The notes beneath the pieces were generated by a model. That model was not told the origin of the DNA. It made no database searches and saw nothing but the letters and a program-made list of their open reading frames with translations. Source: Heteronotia binoei (lineage: Eukaryota). Taken from it: DNA of 64,000 nucleotides. Made by a program: the position numbers and the translations under genes. The stretch spans positions 79,670,001 through 79,734,000 of the forward strand of contig NC_083228.1 in assembly GCF_032191835.1 (NCBI RefSeq), given 5' to 3'. Positions 11,124 to 21,570 of the stretch are shown one piece after another (the stretch's first letter is position 1; each line of letters begins with the position of its first letter).

Positions 11124-13072
11124 AACAGATATCTTTCATTTTTCAAAAAAAACAAAACTAGGAGGAAAGCTCAGAGGAAAGGGTGAAGAAGCCTTTCAGT
11201 CCTCTTCTTAGGAGGCTACTTTTAATTTGGTTTTTTTAAGACTGTGGGAAAGGGAGATGTTTGTAACACATGTCATATCTAGTCTGACTTTGTGGGATTA
11301 CACATCAGACATTAGAATTGTTATAACTTGTCACAGTCCTAAATCTGAAAATGATCTGGTGGTAATCAAATTTAATTCCACAAGAGAGTTACTTGAGCTT
11401 TCTGGCAACAGGTGATAGTCTTGCTTGTGGCTGTATTCAGTTGATGCAGCCAAGGGCAACATCTCATAGACCGACTAACAAAATGTAGTGAAGTGCACAA
11501 GAATTGTGCCTTGTGGCCTATGGAGCACATACAAAGATGGTGCCCTGCTGATGTGTGCATGCATGCACAACACCCAGTGTCTAAAAGACTGAATGTGGTC
11601 TACTTTAAGCATTCCCAAGCATCTTCAATAGGATGTTTGCTTTTTTTAACAGCAGACACAGATGGCTTTTGAAATGCTCTCATTTTTTAAAAGTGGTTCA
11701 CTGTAAGGCAGGGAGGGCTGCTGTTCAACAAACACAAGTTTCAGAGCCTCCTTGCTTATGGAACTGTGTTTTACTCAAAACCCACTGACTTTCTTGGAAC
11801 TGCAATAACTGGTCTCAGGACTTTGATTAAAACCTGAACTGTATCATTTGTAACTTGATTTGGCAGTATTCAATAAGAAGTGGGAAGAGAAAAAACAAAC
11901 AAGCTTTGAGTAAGAAAAGGAACACAAGGGGATTTTTCTTCATCCTAGTTGAAACAGAATAGCACTTACACAACCTTTCCTTCAAATCATGATGCTAGAA
12001 TAGAGTAACATCCTTTCTATATGAGTTCCTGAGAATTCTGCTGCCAAACACAGAACCAGTGTTTACTACTTAATAGCTTAAATAGATAAATTGAGAACTT
12101 GTGTTAACTGCCAGGTATATTTATGCCAAAGAGGTGCTCTAATATTTTAAAATGATTTTGCTTTGGATATGTGTTACAGAAACAATACTATTTAAAAAGG
12201 TTAGAATCTAATGGTTTCTGAAATTTAAACCTTGATGTTTTTTCCTGCCACATAAGTAATATTTTCACAAAGCACTCAAACTGCCAGGAGGCTATTTGCT
12301 TAAGTCGGTTTGCTAAAAGAAAGAGATTTATAGTTGGTTGACACTGAATAGACCTTCAGTTTCATAGTTTTGATCTTCCCTACAGTTAATGTTGTGCCAG
12401 CATGGCCAGTGGCTGGGGCTGATGGGAGTTGTAGGCAAAAAAATATCTGGAGAGCTACCATTGGCCACCCCTGCTGTAGTCTATTTTCACTTCAGTTGTT
12501 TGTATCATAGTCACTTGGTTTGGGGTTAACGGACTTGTGAAAACTACAGGAGTTACACAAACATTTAGAAGGAGGCAACTGCTGCTGTATAACTCACTTT
12601 TCCAAAGAGTTTTTCCACTTTCTTGGTTACAAAGTAAGCCATGCAGTGTAACTGCTGGACAGGCGCTTTGTTCCTTTCAATACTCAACTTTTTGCTGCCA
12701 GAAAACAGCACAATTTCCTTCTGATCTTTTTGAATCATTTTGAAATAGACAATAAGTACGCCATTTGCTGCTTCTAGTGGGTACTACACATTTTTTAAAA
12801 ATTGAAATCATAAATAAACTGATCTGTAAAGTATGGAACAAATTATAACCTTATTTGATTTAGTGATACTGAAACTTTTCGGAGTTGGCCTGCTGAAACT
12901 GATCAGCAAAGACTTCAAAGTCTTCAAAATCACTGCTACTTTGGAAAATGATAGCCCTCCTTTAAAGCCTAAGAGTTCAAAAGGAAACGTCATCCTACAT
13001 ATTTGCTCACATGATAGGGAATTGGGCAGAGATCTGTTAACGTCCGCCCCATTCCCTATTATGTGGGCAAAC

Positions 13073-13314
13073 AGAAGAAGAAGATATTGTATTTATACCT
13101 TGCCCTTTATTCAGAATCTCAGAGCGGCTTACAATCTCCTTCCTTCCTCTCCCCACAAAGGACACTCTGTGAGGTAGATGGGGCTGAGAGAGCTCTTTGA
13201 GATCTGCTTGTGAGACAGCAGCTCTTTCGAGAACTGACTGGCTCAAGATCACCCAGCAGCTACATGTGGAAGAGTGGGGAATCAAACCTGCCACTCCTAA
13301 CTGCTACACCAAAC
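13073..13314 (-). mobile_element. tRNA-head MIR/Ther1-like SINE (Squam3-like), internally deleted
   Basis: A box tggtgtagcagtt and B box ggtttgattccc on minus; L2-like tail and (TTC)n end. Confidence 0.8.
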
Positions 13315-13399
13315 TTGATTCCTTCTGAACTCTTGAGGCTTTAAAGGAAGGCTAACATTTCCCACCTCCTTTATCTTAGCAGTAAGGGTTTATAGTCAC

Positions 13400-13970
13400 C
13401 GAACCTTTACTGGCATAACTACAGTAAGAGTTGTTCAACCGTGGAATCAGCTACCCAGGGAAGTGGTAAGCTCTCCATCACGGGCAATTTTTAAGCAATG
13501 GTTGGACAAACACTTGTCATGGATGCTCTATGCCAGGGATGGCCAAACTTGCTTAATGTAAGCCACACAGAATAAATGTCAGATGTTGGAGAGCTGCAAG
13601 GCATGAATGTCAGATGTTTGAGGGAGGAAGAAAGCAAGCAAAGCAAAATTTTAGTTTATTTGTCATTTGTATCCCTCCCTTCCCACCAGGTGGCAAAATA
13701 GATGGGGTAGGGAGAGGTGGAAAGAACGCAACTAACTTTAAATGCATTCTCCAAGCTACCAGCTGGCTTGACTTGAACAAGTGATTTAAAGAGAAAATGC
13801 CTTCTCCAAGCTGGCTGACAGGGCTTCAAGAGCCACACAATATATGTGAAACAGCCACATGTGGCTCCTGAGCCACAGTTTGGCCACACCTGCTCTAGGC
13901 TGAGCATGCATTGAGCAGGGGGTTGGACCAGATGGCCTGACTGGCCTTGTCCAACTCTGATTCTATGAGA
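13400..13970 (+). mobile_element. CR1 3' end interrupted by a hAT MITE
   Basis: gagttgttcaaccgtggaatcagctacccagggaagtgg (RVVQPWNQLPREV) and ttctatga tail. Confidence 0.75.
13534..13892. mobile_element. hAT-type MITE nested in CR1
   Basis: TIR cagggatggccaaac / gtttggccacacctg; 8-bp TSD ctctatgc / ctctaggc. Confidence 0.85.
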
Positions 13971-14053
13971 ACACATGGAAGGAAAACCCTAACTGCTTTT
14001 TGTGTCATCACAATGAGAATTACATATTCTTTGGTATCAAATGGCAATTTGAC

Positions 14054-14530
14054 CAGGACTTTCAAACCATCCAGGCCTCAGATTCAGCAGGAGCTCACAG
14101 GAGCACAGCTCCTGAACCTTTCTGACGGTTTCCCCTCTTCCTCCCCACCTACCTTGTCCATTGAATAGTAGGATTAGCTGCATAACCATCCCTGGATTAG
14201 GAGAGCGGGCAGCCAGCCAGCCACCAGGGGCTTTGCCATGCCCCCAGCAACCTCCATTAACCCCTGGAGAAGCCTATGCCACCCTTTCTCCAGTTCTTAT
14301 GTGATTTTGGGTGGTGGCTGGTTTGCCTGGGGGGGGGGGCAGCCCAGGAGAGTGCCAGGCAAGTGAGGCCTGCTTGGGCTGGCTGGATCTCTAGCCAGCC
14401 CAAGCATGCCTTGCTGGCCAGGGGCTCTCCTTTCTTGCATCAGGTTGCTTTTGGCTGGGGTGGGGGTGGCATATGCTAATTAGTTATGCTAATGAGCTCT
14501 GCCACCTATTTTTCTACAAAATGACCCCTG
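14054..14530. mobile_element. Probable hAT-type non-autonomous element carrying ATGCTAAT motifs
   Basis: Right end tttttctacaaaatgacccctg (CAGGGG terminus); CAGG left end; TSD not resolved. Confidence 0.5.
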
Positions 14531-15399
14531 CATTCATCTATTTCATTAATGGCATTCTGCAGTTTGTTTTTTTAAACATCTGATTAGAAGTAGCCTTATT
14601 AAGGGCTGGTATCTTATAGTCTTGTATATTATGCAATAGGGAATTTTAATTATTTAGTAATCACTGCGGCTGACTGTAAAAAATAATATCATTGCATTAC
14701 AGCCTTTAGCCATCTGTTAAACAAGACATTAAACTGCAAAGGTCAAGTCTCACTTCCATGCTTTTCTTAGGAGTGGTGACATACAGATGCACTTTTGATG
14801 GTACTAAAAAATTATGGTACACAGTAAACCATGTGAGTTCTTATACATGAACTATTAAGTAGCAGGTCCCTTTACCTTTTGTGTGGATTGTGTTTTACCA
14901 TAGTGCATGCAAAATGCATTTTCTGTAAAGTATTGTACTTGAATACAGCAAGCTAATGAAGATGAAAAGGAATGCTCTGTGATTTGGGGTGTGTGTGCAT
15001 TGGTGATTTCTGCAGTCTGTGCATATCACTCCAGATTCTCTTGTGAACATTACAAGAACATCTGCTAAACTCGAGAAGATGCATTTCCTTTGGTTTCTTA
15101 GTATTGATCCCCCCATCACAGATTACTATTTATAGTATGCCTTCCTCACTGAGACTCAAGATAGATTACAAAAGATGAAAAGCAATTCAATCAGACAGTA
15201 CTCAAAAATAATCTTACTAGAATCCCTTTGAAAATGTGTGCCTATGTGTGTTGAGTTGGCCTGATTTGATTAAGGGAGCAGTAATGCAAGAGATTTCCTA
15301 GACAGCATGTGGGAAAAATAGGATGGCAGAAAGCTCAGTGACTGGTGTTATGTCTTACCCCCCCTTTTTATTTTTTGCATCCCTGGCAGATGCTGCTGC

Positions 15400-16330
15400 A
15401 TTAAGCTCCATCTGTGTGTGTGTGGGGGGGGGGGGGGTGATGGTGCACATGGGGCATCACGTGTCTGGGAACCACAACCAGGGGCTGATATTGACCAAAG
15501 GAACAGGGGGTGGGGGGAGGCGCGGAGGAGGTGCTGCTATTGACAAGCAAAGGGGCGCGCTGGAAGTGTAACTAGGCGCAGGAGAGCCTTCCTCTCTTAC
15601 TGCAGCCCCCCCCCCTTCCCCTGTGAGAGAAGGCTCCCCCCTTCTGCTTGCTCCATCCCTTCAGCCAACCACCCCTCCTTGCATGTTGCTGCCGCCATGG
15701 CCTGGCCCTGCATCACTCGGGTCTGCTGCCTGGCGCGCTTCTGGAACCAGCTGGACAAGTCGGATCTGGCCGTGCCGCTTACCATCCACAATTACTCTGA
15801 CATCGAAGAGCCGGCAGAGGAGGGTGGGGGCGCCGCACAGCAGTCAAGGATCCCAACAGGTGGCCGCCCCCATGGCCATCCCCGGGCGGCCTCTGCCCTG
15901 CCTGTGTCGGCGTCCGCCCCCTCGCTGCAGCAGGCTAGCCTGGCGGGCGTCAAGAGGCCGTCGAAAAAGGGGCGAGGCGGCGGTGGCGGCCGCCGGAAAG
16001 AGTCCTTCGCGGCAGAGACCCAGTACCAGCAGGATTTCCGAGCGTGGCCGGTGCAAAAGCGGGACGCCCTGCCGTGGATCGGGGAGTGCAAGAGGGGGAA
16101 ACCCCTGGGGGCGCCCCCCGCTGCAGCCTCTTCCCACGCCACGATCCACGGAGGTTCCCACGTGTACGTGTTGCCAACAACTGAGCAAGAGGCGGGCAGA
16201 AAGTACAGCGGATTTAAGCAAATGTGGTCCTCTGCCTCGCCGCCAGGCGTCCGCAAGACCACCTCCTACAGGTAGGGCCTTAACCGAGTGTTTGCCTGCC
16301 TCTTCTGGGCGTCCAGGTCTAGCAGGGCGG
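15400..16330 (+). promoter_or_regulatory. CpG-rich promoter / first-exon island of MAP6D1 with G-runs and an E-box (CACGTG 15458..15463)
   Basis: Sharp rise in GC and CpG content against an AT-rich background; G14 run at 15424 and further G-tracts at 15506..15530. Confidence 0.7.
15697..16271 (+). CDS. MAP6D1: MAP6D1 (SL21) coding exon 1, MAWPCITRVCCLARFWNQLDKSDLAVPL...TTSYR
   Basis: Perfect Kozak GCCGCCATGG; MAP6-family palmitoylated Cys5/10/11 N-terminus; ETQYQQDFRAWP motif; AG|gtaggg donor; syntenic between PARL and YEATS2. Confidence 0.95.
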
Positions 16331-17648
16331 CTGGGAGAAGTGTAAGAAAGAGGGAGCCTCTGAACATGTGCAGAGTGCATTTGCTTCCTCATTAGTGCCG
16401 AAGATCACCTCACACGTCAGGCTTTTCCTTCACAGGAAGGACTTCCACTAACTTGCCTGGTTTGTCATAGCTGGAGTTTGCATTAGGTGCATGGGCTGGA
16501 AAGCTGGGGATGAATGAATGCAACATCCTTGAACTTGAATGCTAATGAAATAAAATGTGCACATCACGGAGTATACATTTGGCTTTCCTTTGTATTGTTG
16601 GTGGGTGGGGGACTTCCTGGTACAGAATGTGCTTCCTGTGAAGGAACAGGGTAATGTGAAGTAAGCCAGGTAGCAGCATCCTGTCACCTAGGTCTGTGGG
16701 TCCAGGGGTAAGGATTTTGATACTATGCTAGGCATTGCTCTTTGTGTTTTCCTAGTAGGACCAGAAGGTATCCTTATTTATTCCCCTTGTCACCACTGAT
16801 CTCCTCCCAGCACTTGCCTCCAGAATACAAAACTCAAACATAGTGCCAAAAAACAGATGTCACAGCTGTTTACTTAAACCCCCACACTATTTATAAAAAG
16901 GGAATGTTCCAGGAAACTAATTCCCAAAGATTACTTAATGCTCATCCCTTTTCCTTAGACCCATTAAGAAGAGTACAAATCATTAATGCATTTAGTATAT
17001 TATATATATAGAAAACAAATAGCGAAACATTTTTTCCTTGCTGTTTTTCCAGGCAAGTTCATTCCCCCACCCCTTTTGAGGGGGATCCCAGTATATCAAA
17101 GCTCTGTATTACCCAAGGCTACTCTAGGTGGGTATAGTCTCCTTTTGAAGTTCTGGGGGTCCTTTGCAAGCCCCCCCCCAACAACAGTCAAGGCATCCTG
17201 CAATCTTTCTCCTTCAGCTGAGATTTTGAGCTGAGGATTTCAAGAAGTGTCCTGGCTTGACCTTCCTATTTTATTTTAAAGTGCAGAGTGGCTCATTTGG
17301 TGCCCTCTTCCTTCCATGACAATATCCTAGATTACTCTTCCCTGTGGAAATCTGACTCTTAAAAAGGAAATCTCATTTTAATTTGTTTTTAATCTTGACT
17401 CAGCTTGTTCCAGGGCAGGGCAGCTGTCCTATATGGTTTTGTATCCCATCCAAGAGAAGCGGGGAGGCGAGGGGTACATAAGTACAAAGGACCTTATTGT
17501 CAGAGCAATGGTATCATCTCCAGTTGGTACCAAGGACAGGAGAAGGATGTGTAGCTGAAGAACATTTGCCAGACAACAAGGAATGTGTGTAGGGGTGTTA
17601 CAGTGCCCAGGAAGTAGCCATATGTTGTGATTTTAGTCTTGAGTACTA

Positions 17649-17821
17649 AGGGTTAGATCCAGCCATCTTTTTAATACAGTCTTACCCATTTCTCCTGTTT
17701 ACTGCAGTACATGTCCTGCTTGGCTTTTGTCCATACAGTTCCTATGATCTCTGTTCTTTTTTGGCTAAGGGGGACCCCTCTTTCCTTTTTCATCAGATGA
17801 AAAGTTGGTTAGATCTAACTC
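17649..17821. mobile_element. Old MITE with AGGGTTAGATCC-type termini
   Basis: agggttagatccagc ... ggttagatctaactct inverted ends. Confidence 0.45.
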
Positions 17822-18182
17822 TATATCTGAGATGATATGTGTGCCCTTTGTGCATTGCTTTTTGAGTATTGATAGCTGCTTTTATCGCATACTATACCTA
17901 CCTTAGTCTTTTGGGGGGCAGAGGCAGATAACATTATTTAGTATATTTTTGCATTTTTAATTTCTCCTAGTTTTTATTGAGAAGATAAAATAAAAAATGT
18001 ACATAAAATAGAAGGCTTCTGATTTTCCCTACAACAAATATAAGTTTGACTTCAAAGTTTTCCCTTGCTCTATGTATAGAATAAATAACTGTCTCTTTTT
18101 TCTATCTTAATATCTTAATAATAAAACCCACAAATCATCAATATTGCCTTTTTCCTGCAAAAAAAAAGGCTATAAAGAAAGG

Positions 18183-18853
18183 CAGGGGTGCCAAACTCAT
18201 TTGTAATTATGACCAGATACAGTATTAATATGAGCCGTTGTTGGGCCAAGCCATGTGTGTCATACAATTGTAAAGCCAGGTAGTGGAGATATAAACTTTA
18301 TAAAAGACACAGACATACACAGTTAAAGATTTTTTTTTTTTTAAAAACCCAAAATAAAATATGCTTGCAAGATTAGCAGCAGTCTTGCAATATTTTGTTT
18401 ATTTAACAGTTTCTGATAACTGACACCTTTTGCTCTGAATTATTGCATCAAAATTTGGAGACAATGTATGTGCTGTAGCAATACTGCGTATGCTGTTCAG
18501 GTGTTGTTCAGATGCATGTCTGTAAGTTGCAAAACTACTTTTGATTTATTGACATTCATTACAGAAATCTCATGGTCAATGCTTTGAGCCCAAGACCCAG
18601 GGGAAAATGTGAAATGACTGGGCATTGCAAGCTTTTGTACATAAGTTGCTTCATGTGCTGGTCAGCCAATGGAGAAAACAGAGGCTTTGCTCTGTAGCTC
18701 CTGTGCAATTGAGGGTACCTGACAAAGCAAGCTGTGATGCAGAAGGAAGAAAGAGAGAGAGCAGGAAGCAGATGACTGTGAGTTGCTCGTGGGCCTGATA
18801 GGAGCTCTCCGGGGACCTGATCTGGCCCTCGGGCTGCATGTTTGACACCCCTG
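18183..18853 (-). mobile_element. hAT-type MITE (CAGGGGTGTCAAAC family), inverted relative to the 56560 copy
   Basis: caggggtgccaaac / gtttgacacccctg termini; 18651..18848 is the reverse complement of about 56560..56740. Confidence 0.8.
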
Positions 18854-19358
18854 CTTTAAGGGGTTTCCAATCTGTAATAAACTAATTGTCTTTTCCCTAG
18901 CCAATGCAGTAAGTTTAACCGTTGCTGCAAGGTCCAACAGCTTCTCCGACCATTCTTCTGTTGTAGGTATTGTTGGACACTTCCATTTCTAAGTGTGTAA
19001 TAGTCTTGCTCTCATAATCATATCTAGAAATACAGTTCCATGGCTTATTTCCAACTGATTGTCTATTAATCCTAACAGAAAGGACTCTGGTTTCAATTGT
19101 ATATTAGTCTTTGAAATCTTCTGTATTAATACTTGCATTTGTGTCCAATTTTTTTTTACTTTCTTACAAGTCCATCACATGTGATAAAATGTCCCTTCAT
19201 GATAATTACATTTCCAGCATAAACTAGAAATACCTTTGTGGACTATTTATCTGGAGATATAAACCAACGATATACCATCTTATAAAAATTCTCCTTAAGA
19301 TTAGAACTTAAAGTAAATTTCAAACCCTTTGTCCACATAAATTCCTATTGTTCAATAT

Positions 19359-19650
19359 AAGAAGAAGAAGAAGAAGAAGAAGAAGATGATATTGGATTTA
19401 TATCCCGCCCTCCACTCCGAAGAGTCTCAGAGCGGCTCACAATCTCCTTTACCTTCCTCCCCCACAACAGACACCCTGTGAGGTGGGTGGGGCTGGAGAG
19501 AGCTCTCACAGCAGCTGCCCTTTCAAGGACAACCTTTGCCAGACCTATGGCTGACCCAGAGCCATTCCAGCAGGTGCAGGTGGAGGAGTGGGGAATCAAA
19601 CCTGGTTCTCCCAGATAAGAGTTCGCACACTTAACCACTACACCAAACTG
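19359..19650 (-). mobile_element. Young tRNA-head MIR/Ther1-like SINE (Squam3-like) with (TTC)9 tail
   Basis: Intact A box tggtgtagtggtt and B box ggtttgattccc; L2-derived 3' stem; GAA microsatellite tail. Confidence 0.88.
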
Positions 19651-19754
19651 TTGCAGTTTACTGTTTCCAATGTTGTAAGCATACAGTTGCCCCTCTATTT
19701 CAAAGTGTCACTGTCCACATTTTTGTATTGATTTGATCTGCAAACTCATTTTAG

Positions 19755-19872
19755 GCAAGAGTATCGCCCATGGACTGGAGCAAAACGATCCCGGACCTCA
19801 AAGAAGAAACAAGGATTCATTATCCCAGAGGATCACTTTGTGAAAGAAACTAGCTACAAGGCAGACTTTAAG
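19755..19872 (+). CDS. MAP6D1: MAP6D1 coding exon 2, (R)QEYRPWTGAKRSRTSKKKQGFIIPEDHFVKETSYKADFK
   Basis: cattttag acceptor and AAG|gtaaat donor; phase 2 in, phase 0 out; completes the SYRQE[FY]xxWTG motif. Confidence 0.94.
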
Positions 19873-21482
19873 GTAAATGTACTTTGCAAAACTTTTGAAA
19901 TGTAGGAGTTTAATAATGTAAGTAGGATGCAAGTCATGAAAACAGCAGTGCAGTGAATGATTATTTAAATTCCAAGAACTGCTATGTTGGACTTTTGAAG
20001 CAACAAAGCAGACACTCTGATTCCAGAAGACAGATTTATTTTGAAGGTATTTTAGCTCACTTTTTATTTGAAAGGACAATATTATTTTAAAAATACATCT
20101 CAGAAGAATCCCCATAATGATTCAAATACAACAATTAAAACAGAATCAAAACAACCAGAGATCATCAATATACAAATCAAAATAATATGCAATGCCTCTT
20201 AGCTAAGCAGAGGGCAGGACTTAATCCCTACTTCCAGAAGTCAATGTTCCCCAGCAAGAAACCCCTTAGCTGCCGTAGAGCATAATTCTGGTTACTTCAT
20301 CACAGAAGAACCTTTTGTGGTACACACAGACACATTTCAGAAGCATCTGGATATTTCTTCTGCTGAGATCCTAATTGTCGGGAATATTTCCTATGCAAAG
20401 TGGGCTGGTTTTACTTTGCTTTTCGTCCAGGGTTGGGTTTCCTTTTTCTGTCTGCCTCATCCTAACTCCAGAGGACTGTTGGGTTAAATGAACTGGTAGG
20501 ACCAGGTTTCCTAAGACAAAGACCTGGCTTCTGCAGGAATGTATTTAGTCCATGTGTTGGCAAATAGATGCACATTCAGTTGTAGTCTCCATATGCAGTT
20601 ATAGTTATTTAGGCCCAACTGAGCTGTCTGTCGCTCTCTCTCTGTGTTTAAATACAGATGGGGATACAAATCTCCACATGGGACCTCTAATTGTTGTACG
20701 CAGCTACAGCTGAATTGGGGGTACAATCTGGCACTTTAAAGATTAACTGGCTTTACTGCAATCTGAGTTTTTGTGCACATCTAGTCAAAGATAACATTTT
20801 AAAAAGAAATAAATACAGACTGGCATCACGGGTTATCTGTACAAAATTCCCATGATGATCATAACCAAAATAAAATAAAAAACCCCATAAGCCCTAAGAA
20901 TTAAGTTAATCCTCTAGCTCCTTGCCCTCAGGGCTTAATAAACTTGGCTTTAATTCTCCTTATTGGAAGGGCAAATGGGGCCATGCATCTCGTAACTCTC
21001 ATCTTGCTATCATTTAAAAGATACATAATTTTGGCAAATAGACCAAGAACTAATATTGTCTAGAACAGGAGACAACCAACTGATTTGAATGTCTGAGTAA
21101 AGACAGCAGCATAACAAACAGTGCTGTATCTTCAAAATCACAGATATACTGGTTGCAGACAAAATTTATCTTTTCCTAATAATGTTCAAGCATCTTTTTA
21201 GGAACTGATTAATATTTGGCAGAAAAAGCAATCAACAAGATAAATTAATTTGGATAGGCTGTCCCAATTATAAAATCCTTTAAAAGAAGTTGTATCAAGG
21301 AGAGGACTGCCAGACTCCTGCAGAAATTGAAATATTATCTCTCTCCTTCCTTGACAGTCGAGTAATTAATTTAGAATATATATAAATATACAGAGTTTCT
21401 TTCAGGCCTCTAATATTCAGTTTCCTCTAGAAATATTGCCTTAGCAGCAACATGTTAATGTGGACAGAGACCACAATATTCT

Positions 21483-21570
21483 CAATGCAGTCCTATGCAA
21501 AGTTACACCCTTGTAAACCCATTGATTTTAATGGGTTTAGATGGGTGTGACTCTTCTTAGAACTGCACTG
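21483..21570. repeat. ~88-bp palindromic MITE-like repeat (ccattgatttcaatgg core)
   Basis: caatgcagtccta / tagaactgcactg ends; central aaacccatt / aatgggttt arms; degenerate relatives near 32690 and 59975. Confidence 0.65.

Noticed and set aside
15792-16392. Antisense ORFs of 156 and 182 aa over MAP6D1 exon 1
   Set aside because: Expected in GC-rich coding sequence; no proper start context or recognisable protein.
16768-16776. GTATCCTTA as a U12-type (minor spliceosome) donor
   Set aside because: No TCCTTAAC-type branch site upstream of the exon-2 acceptor at 19755; treated only as a possible U2 donor.
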